DNA of 64,000 nucleotides from Octopus bimaculoides (lineage: Eukaryota): NCBI RefSeq assembly GCF_001194135.2, contig NC_068987.1:85563814-85627813 (forward strand), read 5' to 3'. The translations under genes were made by a program, and so were the position numbers. The first letter of the stretch is position 1. Every line of letters starts with the position of its first letter. Below, in pieces: positions 11,070 through 24,829 of the stretch. Under the pieces are notes generated by a model that saw only the letters and a list, made by a program, of their open reading frames with translations, searched no databases and had not been told where the DNA came from.

Positions 11070-11490
11070 GGTGCAGGCGGGATTGTATGTAAAGACGTTT
11101 GCTTCTCAACCAAATGGTTCCAGGTTCAGAACCACTGCGTGGCACTTTGGCTGAATGAGTTCAACAATAACCTCAGGCCAACCAAAGCTTTGTGAGCGGA
11201 TATAGGAGATAGAGTCTGAAAGAAGCGCATCGCATGCACACACACACACACACACACACGCACACACACACACATACATACATATGTGTGTTTGTGTGTG
11301 TGTGTGCGTGCGTGCGTGTCTGTATAGTACGAATGTGTTTAGTGTGTGCGTGTAGTCTTTGTGTTTCGTTGCATGTATGTTTGTTGTTCCCGTACCATTC
11401 CTTTACAACCGGTATTGGTATGTTTATGTCCCCATAAGTTAGCAGTTCGGCAAACAAGTCCAATATAATACGTACCAGACTTTATACTGG
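11070..11490 (+). mobile_element. Family B tRNA-derived SINE with internal (CA)/(TG) tract, in the last SLC6 intron
   Basis: ccaaatggttccaggttcag...ccactgcgtggcac head and the shared 3' module. Confidence 0.65.
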
Positions 11491-11790
11491 ACAATAGATT
11501 TATTATATATATTAATGTATACGAAAACAAAACCATAAAATTACTTTATCACATAACTGCAGTTTTCGCATTACTGTCTTAGTGAAAATATATCGGTGTA
11601 CCTATTCAGAAGATAAGTTTGATTCACATAACACAGTAAAAAGGAGAGAAAATTGTTCCAGGGTTTACATTTTTGTGTGGAGGACAATATGTAGGGTTTT
11701 GGAACGAGTATAAGTGACCGGGTATGTACAAGTAACTGCATTTGTGTGTAGAGAAGGGAGAGAAATATTTATTTGTATAATTGTACTTAC

Positions 11791-11952
11791 GTAAAACCCG
11801 CCTTGTGAGCAATATTTGTATAAAAACCAGGTGGGTATGACGGAAATTGGTAAAGCAACTATGAGCCATCCGATAACCTTTGCCCAGCACGGGTATTCTT
11901 TACCATTCAAATCAGGTTCCTTGTAGAGAACGATGTTTAAAATAGCAATAGT
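11791..11952 (-). CDS. SLC6 exon (TM12): TIAILNIVLYKEPDLNGKEYPCWAKVIGWLIVALPISVIPTWFLYKYCSQGGFY
   Basis: Acceptor ccaaattatttcag, donor gtaagt, 162 nt, phase 0 to 0. YPxWAxxIGW...IP motif. Confidence 0.95.
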
Positions 11953-12010
11953 CTGAAATAATTTGGAAACAGAAAATTGAAAACAGTATTTGTCGATTAT
12001 TTAAAATATT

Positions 12011-12189
12011 TACATTATTTACATTTGACGGATATTTCTTCTCATCTTGTTTGTTGTTAACACAACGTTTCGGTTGATATACACTGCAGCCTTCATCAGG
12101 CGTATTGGGGAAATTTCGAATCTGGGTTCTCATTCCTAAGGTATTTTTCAATGTTATTATTATTTAGTCACTGACTAAAAATAATGATG

Positions 12190-12244
<55 letters not shown>

Positions 12245-12340
12245 CAGCATAGAAAAATACCTTAGGAATGAGAACCCAGGTTCGAAATTTTCCCAAGACA
12301 CCTGGAGGGTATAACAGCCGAAACGTTGTGTTACTAACAA
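12011..12340. mobile_element. Family C SINE head-to-head inverted pair (locus 2)
   Basis: Minus arm 12011-12176 has an intact hammerhead core at 12060-12103. Plus arm 12177-12340 has CTGATGA and half of stem II deleted. Confidence 0.85.
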
Positions 12341-12516
12341 GGCTGTATGAGAAATCGTCTAGAAGAGAGTACTTCCTGAAGAGCCCATTGCCGATCGATA
12401 GGAAGTTCTCTTCAATGTTTGTCTGCCTGATTGTCTATAGGTATGCATGTATGTGACCATGTATATATGTTTTTATGTATGCATGTATCTCTATGTGCGT
12501 ACATATGTACCTACTC

Positions 12517-12558
<42 letters not shown>

Positions 12559-12733
12559 NNNNNNNNNNNNNNNNNNNNNNNNNNNNNNNNNNNNNNNNNN
12601 NNNNNNNNNNNNNNNNNNNNNNNNNNNNNNNNNNNNNNNNNNNNNNNNNNNNNNNNNNNNNNNNNNNNNNNNNNNNNNNNNNNNNNNNNNNNNNNNNNNN
12701 NNNNNNNNNNNNNNNNNNNNNNNNNNNNNNNNN

Positions 12734-12765
<32 letters not shown>

Positions 12766-12859
12766 ATTCACGCTTTGGTGATTTTCTGTGCGCTAACGTG
12801 AACATAAATAGACGAACCTATCCATACGTTTGTATACATTCTTTACATTAAGAGGAGGC

Positions 12860-13060
12860 AAGCTTCACAAATAACTAAAAACTATTCCACTGCATGACTT
12901 TGTTAGAAAGCTTCTTATGAAGAAAGGTGGAAAAATATGCTACACCATTAAATCGATAGAGCAATGAATTGAACTGGATGAGTTATGAATAAAGAATACA
13001 GTAATAGCTGAGGAATGTTAAAAGGTGTTATAAATTATATAAAAAATATTCTGATGAGAA
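12860..13060 (+). mobile_element. Highly decayed CR1/L2-like LINE 3' fragment
   Basis: SYEERW at 12913-12930 resembles the SYEERL motif, and the strand is A-rich. Weak. Confidence 0.3.
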
Positions 13061-13529
13061 AGAATGTGATGAAATTATGCGATAAAAAAATTACTATTTT
13101 ATGAAGATAGAAATTCAAAGAAATTAATATGATATAAAATTAAAATGCAAAATTTGAAAAGTGTTGAAGTAAATGAAAATCGATTAAAAATGGATTGTAA
13201 ACGAAATGGATTTTGAAAAGTGAAGATAAATTATTGTAACTTAAATCTAAAATGTCTTAAGGTGAAATAAAGTGTATCGAAATAAAATAGAAGGAATTTG
13301 AATTATCAGAACATCGATGTTGGGGCCAAAACAGTATGAAGTAATGTAAAGGGTTGTTGATTCGAAAGAACGTGCGCAGTTAGCGGAGGTGAAAGGTGTT
13401 CTTCAGAAAGGTGTTTACCAACGTTAACAAATATGGTAGCAATACTACACAACAAACACACAGAATGAAGGAGAAAATGCAGATTACAGTGCAAAAATAA
13501 CATTTATTATGTATATGGCGGTTAAAGTG

Positions 13530-13740
13530 GTGAACTGGCAGTACCGTTATCATGCTGGCAAAATGATCAGTGGCATTTCGTCGGTGTCCACGTTCTAAGT
13601 TCAAGTTCCGCCGAGGTCGACTTTGCCTTTCATGCTTTCGGGATCGTTAAAATAAATATCTGTTTATTGCTGGGGCTGATGTAATCGATTAACCCCGTCC
13701 CTCTCTTCAAAAGCTGTTGGTTCTCTGCCCGAAATTTTAA
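13530..13740 (+). mobile_element. Family A SINE
   Basis: gagttcaagttccgccgaggtcgactttgcctttcat core. Confidence 0.7.
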
Positions 13741-13904
13741 ACTATTATGTGTATTGAGGTTTTATTTCGAAATATCACTGATATATGTTTTTCAGTATAT
13801 CTGTCGAATAGTGTGTAGCAGTTTGCTTGACGTACTGTGATAATGGAACAGAGAATTTAATGGGAACTTTCTTACAATGCGAAAGAAAGCGAAAAAATTC
13901 TTTT

Positions 13905-14140
13905 TTACTCTAGCCACAAGGGCCGAAATTTTGGGGAAGGGTCCAGTCGATTAGCTCGACCATAGTATACAACTGGTATCTAATTTATCGACCCCCGAAA
14001 GTGTGAAAGGCAAAGTCGACCTCGGTGCAATTTGAACTCAGAACGTAAAGACAGACGAAATACCGCTAAGCATTTTGCTCGACGTACTAACATTTCTTAT
14101 TTCTTTATTGCCCACAAGGGGATAAACATAGAGGGGACAA
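13905..14140 (-). mobile_element. Family A SINE with the tail of a second copy joined at ~14092
   Basis: Core as above. Junction aaataagaa|atgttagtacg. Confidence 0.7.
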
Positions 14141-15404
14141 TAAACAGTCACAACGCCCGGTCTGGGAATCGAAACCGTGATCCTAAGACCGCGAGTCCAC
14201 TGCCCTAACCACCGGGCCATTGCGCATCCACTGCTATTGGCGTAACTGACCGACAGTTGAATCGTGCTCCCTTATACGAATGGCTCCTTTTATCTCTAGA
14301 GTACCTACGTTGCGTTCAGTTGTTAGAACACCCACGTCTACAACTGTTACTGCTATCACTACCAGTAGCACTGGTTATCATTTACTTATTTATTAAATAA
14401 TTGATTTGTCAAACTCTTCTTTACACCTCTGTATTCTTTTCAACATATTTTTCCGCTCCTGTCACATCCGTCGCAATAAAGTTTGTTATTCCGGCAGTGA
14501 GGAGTTTTTTTCTGTGTTTATAAGAAAAAAAAAATAGCCTGAAGTTGATAGAATTAAAAGAAAAAAATAACCCCTGTTCAGAAATGTTAAACTGTGCAAA
14601 TGCGAAGCTATCAGCTATCTCAAGCGTATGAAAACTATAAATAAAGAAACGTATGATAACTTAAAGCAATTAAAGTGGTTTACATCTGTTATGAAAATCC
14701 ATAAATTCGTTGTAACTTAAAACATGTTTTCTGTAAAACTGAGTGGTGTGTGCAATCGATACCGGAAGCATGGCTGAAATTTTGTACAAATTTAATAATG
14801 TATTTATTTAACCTAATGGGCTTATTATTTTTTCTAGCGTTTTACAAACAGAGTGTTATCGGAATATATTTAACTGACTTGATATTCAGTTCTGATATTA
14901 GCCCAAGGATATAATTCATTCGATATTTTGAACAAGTAATTTATCAAAAAAGATAAAAATGAAGGGAGATAGAATACAGTCGCAGTTGCTGGCAGATCCA
15001 TGTTCACTTCAAATATAGTTTCATTATGTTATTTGTTTAATTCAAATACCTCTGCCTTTTGCCATCCACTCCACAACAGCTGAAGCATAAGATATAACTT
15101 TTTTTTCCATTCCATCTAGTAATTCTCAACTGGGGTACATATGGCCTTTGTGGTGTCCATATAAGATTTTGTTGTGAAAATCTATCTGCAATAAATTAGT
15201 TATATTCTGTGTATTGACAGAGAATATTTTAAGTATTTTTTCTATGCCATTTCAGATATTCTTTAATCATAAAAATATAAAATTCTTTAAACAACGAATA
15301 GCTAAGAGAGTACATCTGAAAAGAATAGGAATCAAAGTGTTCTATAGGCAAAAATGGTTGAGAAACAATGTTCCCATCCATTCGTCTACACCATACACTA
15401 TTCC

Positions 15405-15750
15405 TGCGAGGTCGTTAGGTTAGAGTTCTCAGGCTCGTATCGCGAGTAATAGTCTTTACGCTGTCCAACTGGATTCCCAGGCGTGACCATCCGAAAGTAT
15501 AAATATTATCTAACCATCATGTCCTCTAGGTCTCTTTCCGGTTGGCTCGGTGAAGACCTTGTCTTGCGGTTTTTGTTTTCTTAGACATACAAATCACATG
15601 TCCGTAGTATGGAGGTGTGATCAGGCAATGTGGACCGGAGGAGAATGACTTCTGAGATACGTTACTCCACAGATCCTTCAAAGGAACCTTATTTCCGCCG
15701 CTTGTATTTTCGGTCGCACTCTTTCAGTCATCACCCAACATCCATGAGGT
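15405..15750 (-). mobile_element. RTE-clade LINE 3' fragment
   Basis: HGCWVMTERVRPKIQAAEIRFL*RICGVT...YYGHV...PTGKRPRG are RTE C-terminal motifs. Confidence 0.75.
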
Positions 15751-16253
15751 GTAACAAATATTATTTTGAAACCAAGAAATATCTTCACAGAAACACATTT
15801 GATATTCTGCGAACGTTCGGAAAAAATGCTAACGCGAATTAAAAAGCAAACTATAAATTATATATATTAAACGTGTTCATTTTAACATCCTCGCTATAAT
15901 TTCTAATATGTTTTTTTATGCAGGAAAATGGAAATTATTATCTTGGCACTCAATTATTATGACATGTGAAATACGATGCGTTGTAGGTTTTAATATTAAA
16001 AACAAAATCCGTAGCTTATGTAAGATATTATACATTGACAGCGGACTGTTTTTTCATGGAAGGCAGGTAATGAATACAGTTCAGATAGTTCGACGTAACA
16101 CAGGACCTCGTGTACATATACAAACACACGCATGCACACATCCATACACATATGCATGCACGAACACATTCATATATACATGCACATACGTGCATATATG
16201 TATGCAAATAAACAGCGGCACAATATGTATGTATGTATACAGATTTTTCGATA

Positions 16254-16300
<47 letters not shown>

Positions 16301-16474
16301 GTATTTATGTATGTATATATATNNNNNNNNNNNNNNNNNNNNNNNNNNNNNNNNNNNNNNNNNNNNNNNNNNNNNNNNNNNNNNNNNNNNNNNNNNNNNN
16401 NNNNNNNNNNNNNNNNNNNNNNNNNNNNNNNNNNNNNNNNNNNNNNNNNNNNNATGTATACAGATTTTTCGATA

Positions 16475-16514
<40 letters not shown>

Positions 16515-16529
16515 CGCGTTGTGGTTAGG

Positions 16530-16757
16530 GTGACCAGCTCGCAACCATAATGCCGAGTGTTCCCTTCCTGCATCGGGTGAATCTCAGACCACTGGCTGCT
16601 GACAACCCATGTATACCACTTTAGCATTGACTGTTCCTAGACACTGGCTGCCCAAGAACAAAGAACATAGTTGCCAACTACGAATGCCTACACAGACCAC
16701 AAAATGACACCACAACTTTATGCATCACCTATAGCACGCTTCATTGACCTCCATAAA
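16530..16757 (-). mobile_element. Possible Hero/NeSL-type LINE 3' end
   Basis: WRSMKRAIGDA*SCGVILWSV resembles the terminal AIxxAAExxSxxLW motif. GC-richer than its flanks. Confidence 0.35.
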
Positions 16758-16979
16758 CGTAGTGTGCATATACAAACACATACACATATATATAAATCTA
16801 TGTGCACACACATTTATACACACACACGCACACAAACATGCGCACACGCATAAACAAAACCGCACGCACACATACATGTACGTACGTATAGTTCTCTCTT
16901 CCCTTCCATTCCACACCACTTAACTTCAGTCTAATACCCGTTCCTCCACCCCAGAAATGGTGTTGCAACTACACCAGCA

Positions 16980-17439
16980 TACATTATTTACATTATTTAC
17001 ATTAGACGGATATTTGTCCTCATCTTGTTTGTTGTTAACACAACGTTTCAGCTGATATACTCTCCACTCTTCTTCAGGTGTCTTGGGGAAATTCCGAACC
17101 TGGGTTCTCATTCCTAAGGTATTTTTTCAATGTTGTTATTATTATTATTATTATTAACCACTACGCCATGGCATATGGCGTAGTGGTTAAGAGCGCGGGC
17201 TACTAACCACAAGATTTCGAGTTCGATTCCAAGCAGTCACCTGAACACTAATAATAATAATAATAATTATAATCATAACATCGAAAAATACCTTAGGAAT
17301 GAGAACCCAGGTTAGAAATTGCCACAAGACACCTGATGATGACTGGAGGGTATATCAGCCGAAACGTTGTGCTAACAACAAACAAGATGAGGACAAATAT
17401 CCGTCAAATGTAAATAGTGTAAATAATGTAAATAATGTA
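16980..17439. mobile_element. Family C SINE head-to-head inverted pair (locus 3)
   Basis: Minus arm 16980-17169 with the tRNA body internally deleted. Plus arm 17170-17439 is full length with a (AATAATGTA)n tail. Confidence 0.88.
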
Positions 17440-19047
17440 CAGAATTGCTCATCTCTTAAATATAGAACTGTACACCCGCATACGTCTATCACACCCGAAT
17501 ACATAGATGCTAAAAGCATGCATAAGTATATATGTATACGTACATGTATACACCAGAGACAAAACACGCACAGGCATGCAGTAATGGTCTTCCAAAGAAG
17601 AACGCACGCACGCACGCACGCACGCACTCATACGTTTAAACATAATTACAAGAATGTACTTACTTTCGAACACACACCTATGCATTAATCCTAAACAAGT
17701 TCGCGTACGAGTATAATCCGACACTACCGGACACGTATTCGCACGGACAAACACACATACACACTCATATAACCAATATCATACCCACATACACGCACTC
17801 ATATATCTAGTATGCAAAGATATACACACTCCCACCGACTTGGCTTCTGTTCGCTTCCATATCCTTTCAAAGGCCCACTAGGGGCCAAGACGCCACCAGC
17901 TTTCTATTCAGCTACAAGAACACAACGCGCCGCCGGGAATCGAAATCGGGACATTTTGATTGTGAACCGAATACCGTAATCACTGAGGTACGCGCCTACC
18001 CCGCCCCCACAGACCCCCTCCGCATATATAGTTATGANNNNNNNNNNNNNNNNNNNNNNNNNNNNNNNNNNNNNNNNNNNNNNNNNNNNNNNNNNNNNNN
18101 NNNNNNNNNNNNNNNNNNNNNNNNNNNNNNNNNNNNNNNNNNNNNNNNNNNNNNNNNNNNNNNNNNNNNNNNNNNNNNNNNNNNNNNNNNNNNNNNNNNN
18201 NNNNNNNNNNNNNNNNNNNNNNNNNNNNNNNNNNNNNNNNNNNNNNNNNNNNNNNNNNNNNNNNNNNNNNNNNNNNNNNNNNNNNNNNNNNNNNNNNNNN
18301 NNNNNNNNNNNNNNNNNNNNNNNNNNNNNNNNNNNNNNNNNNNNNNNNNNNNNNNNNNNNNNNNNNNNNNNNNNNNNNNNNNNNNNNNNNNNNNNNNNNN
18401 NNNNNNNNNNNNNNNNNNNNNNNNNNNNNNNNNNNNNNNNNNNNNNNNNNNNNNNNNNNNNNNNNNNNNNNNNNNNNNNNNNNNNNNNNNNNNNNNNNNN
18501 NNNNNNNNNNNNNNNNNNNNNNNNNNNNNNNNNNNNNNNNNNNNNNNNNNNNNNNNNNNNNNNNNNNNNNNNNNNNNNNNNNNNNNNNNNNNNNNNNNNN
18601 NNNNNNNNNNNNNNNNNNNNNNNNNNNNNNNNNNNNNNNNNNNNNNNNNNNNNNNNNNNNNNNNNNNNNNNNNNNNNNNNNNNNNNNNNNNNNNNNNNNN
18701 NNNNNNNNNNNNNNNNNNNNNNNNNNNNNNNNNNNNNNNNNNNNNNNNNNNNNNNNNNNNNNNNNNNNNNNNNNNNNNNNNNNNNNNNNNNNNNNNNNNN
18801 NNNNNNNNNNNNNNNNNNNNNNNNNNNNNNNNNNNNNNNNNNNNNNNNNNNNNNNNNNNNNNNNNNNNNNNNNNNNNNNNNNNNNNNNNNNNNNNNNNNN
18901 NNNNNNNNNNNNNNNNNNNNNNNNNNNNNNNNNNNNNNNNNNNNNNNNNNNNNTATATATATATATATATATATGATAGGTGCGTTCGCACGTATGTGTG
19001 GGACTGCCATATACATATCTGCATCTATCTATCTATCTATCTATCTC

Positions 19048-19098
<51 letters not shown>

Positions 19099-19714
19099 CT
19101 CTCTCTCTATATATATATATAAGCATAGGAGTGTGTGGTAAGTTGCTTGTTTACCAACCACAAGTAAAAGCGTAAAAGATATATATATATATACAGATAT
19201 GTGTGTGCGTGTGTATATATATATAATTTATATCACTATTTCTGTTTCAACTGGAATGAAACACACATGGACTTAGACATATATATCTTTAAGAAGTTAC
19301 TATTATGTGTTAAGAGAAACATCCTACAACGCAAGTGATCGTCAATAGAACTTTGGAAAATGATCTTTAATATGAAAAATGCTACAAATGTATTTAAAAT
19401 ATCCACAAGAAATGACTATTTTTCTGAATAAAACCTGAGATAAAACTAACACTTATCTCTCTGAAACCGACGCAGTTTATATCTAACAATAAAATCCGAC
19501 CAGTCTATCTCTAAGTCTCTTAACTAAATATAATCTGTGAATCTTCAACATAATATACGTATACTCATATTGTCAAAATGTTTTCAATTCTAAACAAACT
19601 TATTCTATGTATGTACTTTGTAGCAATTGATAGAGAAAATCTCGTTCGGGCTACTATTAACTTCAATATCTCTTTCGAGAAATACTGGATTCTGAAACAG
19701 CAGTTCAACCACTG

Positions 19715-19805
19715 AAATGAGGATGTGATATACCTCAACTTTGCCAAGGCTTTCGACAAAGTTGTTCATGGAATGGTATGTCAAAATTGTATAAAAAATA
19801 GGCAT
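19715..19805 (+). mobile_element. LINE RT fragment
   Basis: NEDVIYLNFAKAFDKVVHGMVC matches the RT motif DxxKAFDxVxH. Confidence 0.7.
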
Positions 19806-19839
19806 GAATCCAGTGTTTTTAATATGATATTGTTTTCTA

Positions 19840-20175
19840 CTCTAGGCACGATGCCCAAAACTTAATTTATCGACCCCGAAAAGATGAAAGTCAAAGTCAG
19901 CCTTTGTGGAATTTGAACTCTAAACGTAAAGACAGACGAAATACCTATTTCGTTATTGCCCGCAAGGGGCTAAACATAGAGGGAACAAACAAGAACAGAC
20001 GAACGGATTAAGTCGATTACATCGATCCCAGTGCGTAACTGGTACTTAATTTATCGACCCCGGAAGGATGAAAGGCAAAGTCGACCTCGGCGGAATTTGA
20101 ACTCAGAACGTAACGGCAGACGAAATAGCGCTAAGCATTTCGCCCGGCGTGCTAACGATTCTGCCAGCTTGCCAT
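19840..20175 (-). mobile_element. Family A SINE, two joined copies
   Basis: Full core at 19945-20175 plus a second partial copy at 19840-19945. Confidence 0.75.
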
Positions 20176-20384
20176 CATATTTTTTCTTTGATATGGTATT
20201 ACTAAGAAAATATATAACATTGATGTTAAGTTAAACATGTCGATTACAAACATAGGTATGACGTCACAGACTCTCAGGCAAGATGACGGGTGATCTCGTA
20301 ATTATCAGAATTTGACTGTATTCTTGTCGAACTTGGAAACATATCTTCGCTGTCTGATGTAGATTTCTATCGTGTATTTCTTTC

Positions 20385-20766
20385 AGTCATAAGACTGTGG
20401 CCATGACGGAGCACCACCTTCAAGAATTTTAGTCGAACAAATCGGCTTTAGTACTTATTTTTCTTAGCCTGGTACTTACTATATCAGATTCTTTCGCCGA
20501 ACCGTTAAGTTTACAAGGACATAAACACACCAACACCGGTTACCAAACAGTGGCAGGATGGTCAAACACGCACATATATTATAATAAATACATACATACA
20601 TACATACATACATACACACATACAAATGACTTTTTTCTGTTTTCGTCTACTAAATCCACTCACAGGACTATAGTAGGAACAATTTTCGAAGGTGCCACGC
20701 AGTGAAACTGAACCCGGAAGAATGTGGTATCGAAACAAACTTCTTACCACACAGCCACGATTACGC
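20385..20766 (-). mobile_element. Family B SINE
   Basis: gtgccacgcagtg...tgaacccgg...cttaccacacagcc head and the ggagcaccacc 3' module. Confidence 0.7.
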
Positions 20767-21554
20767 CAATAAACTTTGACTGATCTTCGAACATTTTGTA
20801 AACGATAATCGATCGAATCGTTTAGTAATGTAATACCCGTGGTAGCAAAGGAATTACCAGTAACTCAACTGATTTCCTTAATTATGATTGAATTCATTTG
20901 TTGTGCGGTTCATCAATTTACATTAAGAGTTATTTTATCGGCACGCCTGGTTTAAAGGCAAAATACACAGTGAGATTCGAATGCAATTGTAAACGGAAAA
21001 ACTCGAAAGCAAATATTAAAAGCGAATGTTGAAATGTCTTAACGTCTCCCACCTCGCCACCACAGGGAATAATTGTGAACAGATTTCTTTTCTTCATAAA
21101 TACTCCGATGCCATTGAATGACAAATTGAAATGTTTTGAAAACATTATATTAGTTAAAGGTGATGAAGCGATGGAAGGAAATAAAGATAATGAAAACGTG
21201 ATTCCAGCAAGTTGATTAACAATAATATTATGGAAAAATTTCACCACGTTTGTTGTTAACAATCATCGCATGCTGTTCATTTTTATGCAACAATTTCCAT
21301 GTTTTTAATTTGATTTGAAAAACATATTTCTGATGCCGCACGCAATAGCAATAACATTTCTTAGTCTTCATAGAAGACAAACGTGGATATGAAGTAATAC
21401 AAATGAAATGACAGCACGTTTTCTTTCTTCATTTTTCATAAACGCATACAGTTATGCTATATATTTTGGCTTAAAAAAACAATTGTGGTGAATAATTTAT
21501 TTTGGAAAATCTCTTGGCGTAATCGTTAGAACATCAAACAAAACAACTTCCAAT

Positions 21555-21960
21555 ATTTGCTTGGCTGCGGCGGCGATCTGGCAAAATCGTTATATCCCGG
21601 ACGAAATACTTAACATCATTTGGTCCGTCCTTATGTTCTGAGTTCAAACTCTACCGGGATCAACTTTCGAAGGTGTCCATGTACTCGACTTACACACTTC
21701 TCTAATTTTACTGGCCTTGTGCCAAAATTTGAAACCACATTTGTCTGGCTCAAGGCGGCGAGCTGGCAGAATCGTTATATGCCGGACGAAATGCTTAAAG
21801 TCATTTGATCAATCTTCTACAGAATGATGAAAGCATCACGTAATATTCTCTATAAGCAGGCAACGAGCTGGCATTTCGCACGACAGGCGAAACTGTAAGC
21901 GGTATTTCGTCTGCCTTTTATGTTCTGAATTCAAATTCCACCGAGGTCGTCTTTGTCTTT
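21555..21960 (+). mobile_element. Cluster of three partial family A SINE heads
   Basis: Repeated ggcggcgagctggcagaatcgtta heads at ~21570, ~21755 and ~21860. Confidence 0.6.
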
Positions 21961-22084
21961 TATATATATAAACGCAAACATATATATAGACGTAAACATA
22001 ATACCATAATTAAAATTAGAAATTAAAGTTATGCTAATAGGCGTAAATATCCTGCTGTGATTGGGAAGGTCGTTGCTTTGCAAT

Positions 22085-22470
22085 CTATTTCTTTTGGTTC
22101 AGTCCGACAGCATGGCACATTGGGCCAGATTCTATCATAGCGATGGGTTAACCAATTGTTTGTTCGTGAATTTGATAAAGGGAAACTCTGCACAAGCCTG
22201 TCGTGTGTGTGTGTGTGTGTGTGTATGTATATATATATATGTGTGTGTGTGTATGTATGTATATATATATATGTGTGTGTGTGTGTATGTATGTGCGTGT
22301 ATGTATGCACGAATGTGCCTATGTAGGCGTTTGCGTTTGTGTTTGTTTCCCTACCAGTTTAATAAAAGAGGCCGATAGATTAAGTACAAAACTTCAAAAT
22401 ATGTCCTAGGGTACAGTTGTTCGACTTAACCCACCAAGAGAGTGCTCCACAATGGCCGCAACCCATTGAC
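22085..22470 (+). mobile_element. Family B SINE (degenerate)
   Basis: Internal (TG)n and 3' module gtgctccacaatggccgca...tgactgaaacag. Confidence 0.55.
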
Positions 22471-23143
22471 TGAAACAGGCAAAAGATAAATGAAAATAAT
22501 ACAATACGAATGAGGACAAAACTAATGGAGAACATTTCTAAGTTTATTTTAAGCTGGATATCCCTGTGATAATACGTATTATTTCAAGTTTTGGCAATTT
22601 TGAGGGAAGGGCAAGTTAATGACATTGCCCTTCCCCCAGATACACATCTAGGACTTGGCTGCTACTTATTTTGTAAGATAGAAAGGAAAAGTCGACTTCG
22701 GTAGAATTTGAACTCAGAACGCAAAGAACTGGAGGAAACGCTGTTAAGGATTTTATCCGATATCCGGACGACTCTTTTAGCTCACTTCCGCCTTCCTGCG
22801 ATAATAAATATGAAAATAAAATGCATATGAAAGAAAAAAGTTGTCATTAGTATAATATAGTTTTACTCTCAGAAGAACGTCTGAAATTCTGAGTGAGGGG
22901 ACTAGTGGTACCTATGTTATCGATCGCGACAAGACGAAGGGAAATGTCGACCTCGATGGTATTTGAAATCAGAACGGAAATATAGGTGGATTGTCGCTAG
23001 GTATTGTGTCGAGCGTGTTAACGACTCTAGCAATCTTCTTTTGCTTTCCCAAAACAATAAAAGTGAAAACACAATACCTATGAAATAAAAACGTCATTTA
23101 GGGTGATAAGGGATGTTAAATTTGTTCTTGTTCGTGTGGTGGG

Positions 23144-23345
23144 TTAAACAATTTAGCATTCAAACCGGCCAAATCCGGTCCAAATATTCTACGTGTCTTA
23201 TGTTCAAACCGGCTTCTCTCACCTTCCCCACAATGTTATTCAAAAGACGAACGAACAAAAAGCTATGAAATGATACGTGATTAATACAAAATGATGGGAA
23301 TAAAGAAGCATTACACCTGCAGTAATAGGAATGCTAAAGAGTTAA
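23144..23345. mobile_element. TTAA-flanked MITE (piggyBac-like)
   Basis: TTAA at 23144 and 23342. Imperfect TIRs tttagcattc / gaatgctaaa. Confidence 0.55.
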
Positions 23346-24829
23346 AAGAACTCATCTTTCCATGTTATAAAGCATGCTCTAAAATTTTAGAGAATTTGGG
23401 CAATTAAATCCTGTCGGCCGGGAAAATAAACTGTGCAGGCCAACGCGGAAGTCTTCGTATTGTCGCTCGACATGCTATAATAAGCAGGCAATTTTCTCAT
23501 TAATCAAAATCCACCGATTTAAATGAGAAAGGACAGATAGTTGGAATATTGTAGTTCTAAATACCATAAAAAAAAAAAAAATCATTGAAAATATCATTAC
23601 GAGATTTGTTTTTTTTCTGTTCATAGATTTATCGAATTTAGTTTGACCTGAGTCTAAACAAGAACAACTTGCCTTGTCAGAAACCTATCACTAAAATGAT
23701 TGTTTAAATAACGCAGAGATAAAGAGAAAGAGAGACGGGGTGGAGGAGGAGACAGACAAATAGACAAAGGTAACTAGAAGTTGAATGAGGGATGCGATAG
23801 ATCGGAGTTTGTTGAACATTAGCAAGATAATTTCCACGATAAAGCAAATTTAAAGAAAGAATGATCAAAAACAAACAGTTAATATCAGAAAGGTTAAGCA
23901 AATAACGCTTTTCATAAAGAATGGTTGTTCGAAAATGATTTATTAGAGACTATAAATTGAAAAATAATCCCACTTGCAGATCTATGATGATCGTAGCTAA
24001 GACGCGGAATAGAAATGTGTTGAATTATAGTTTTGAGAATACAGAGCAGAATATAAAAGAAAAAAGAAACGGAGGAAGTTTACACAAAGCAAAATGTAGT
24101 GAATTGTGTAATTTGTATTATGCAAAATCAAAGGTCAAGCTGGGTGGGGGTAAGCAATATTTCAGAAAAATAAATGGATTGGACGAGTTTTGAAGAGAAG
24201 CGGGAATTCAGAAATGTGTATTCCTCCATTTAAAAGATATCGGGAAATCAATCATATTAATAGACTAGGGAACGGAATATGTGATAACACAGAAATATAA
24301 TGTATAGTTTAGAGAAATACGAGAGGTGGATATTAAGAGAAGTAAAAACACAACGAAAAACAAACGATTGCAGTGAGAAGACTGTTAATAGAAGATCCTA
24401 CACAAATAAATATTTACAAACGTAGTTGAGTTAGGTGTATTGTAAAAATTCAAAGCCAACACTTGAAAAATAAATATAAAAATAACATGCGGTTTAAAAT
24501 GAAAGGAGAAATATTAGATTACTGCGCGTCTTTGAGGCATAAAATAGTGTATGTTCCGTTTACCATTGGGACGAATTGTACAGAAATTCGAAAAAGATTT
24601 AGTTTGAAAGAATAACCATCAATATGTTGAGATGTGCTGTAATATATACAATGCTATACTAACATAACAGGATACAAATATGTGAAAAGAAACAGCAGTG
24701 AAGTGTAAAAGGAAATAGGAGAATAATATATGGTAGATCATGTTTGTGTATTGAGCTAGATTTAGAATAGCAAAAATAACATGGCAAATATGTAGAGAAA
24801 AGTAAAATAACAATAATAATCCTTTTTGC

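Noticed and set aside
20930-21262. 110-aa minus ORF
   Set aside because: No recognisable motif or splice signals. Worth only a BLAST check.
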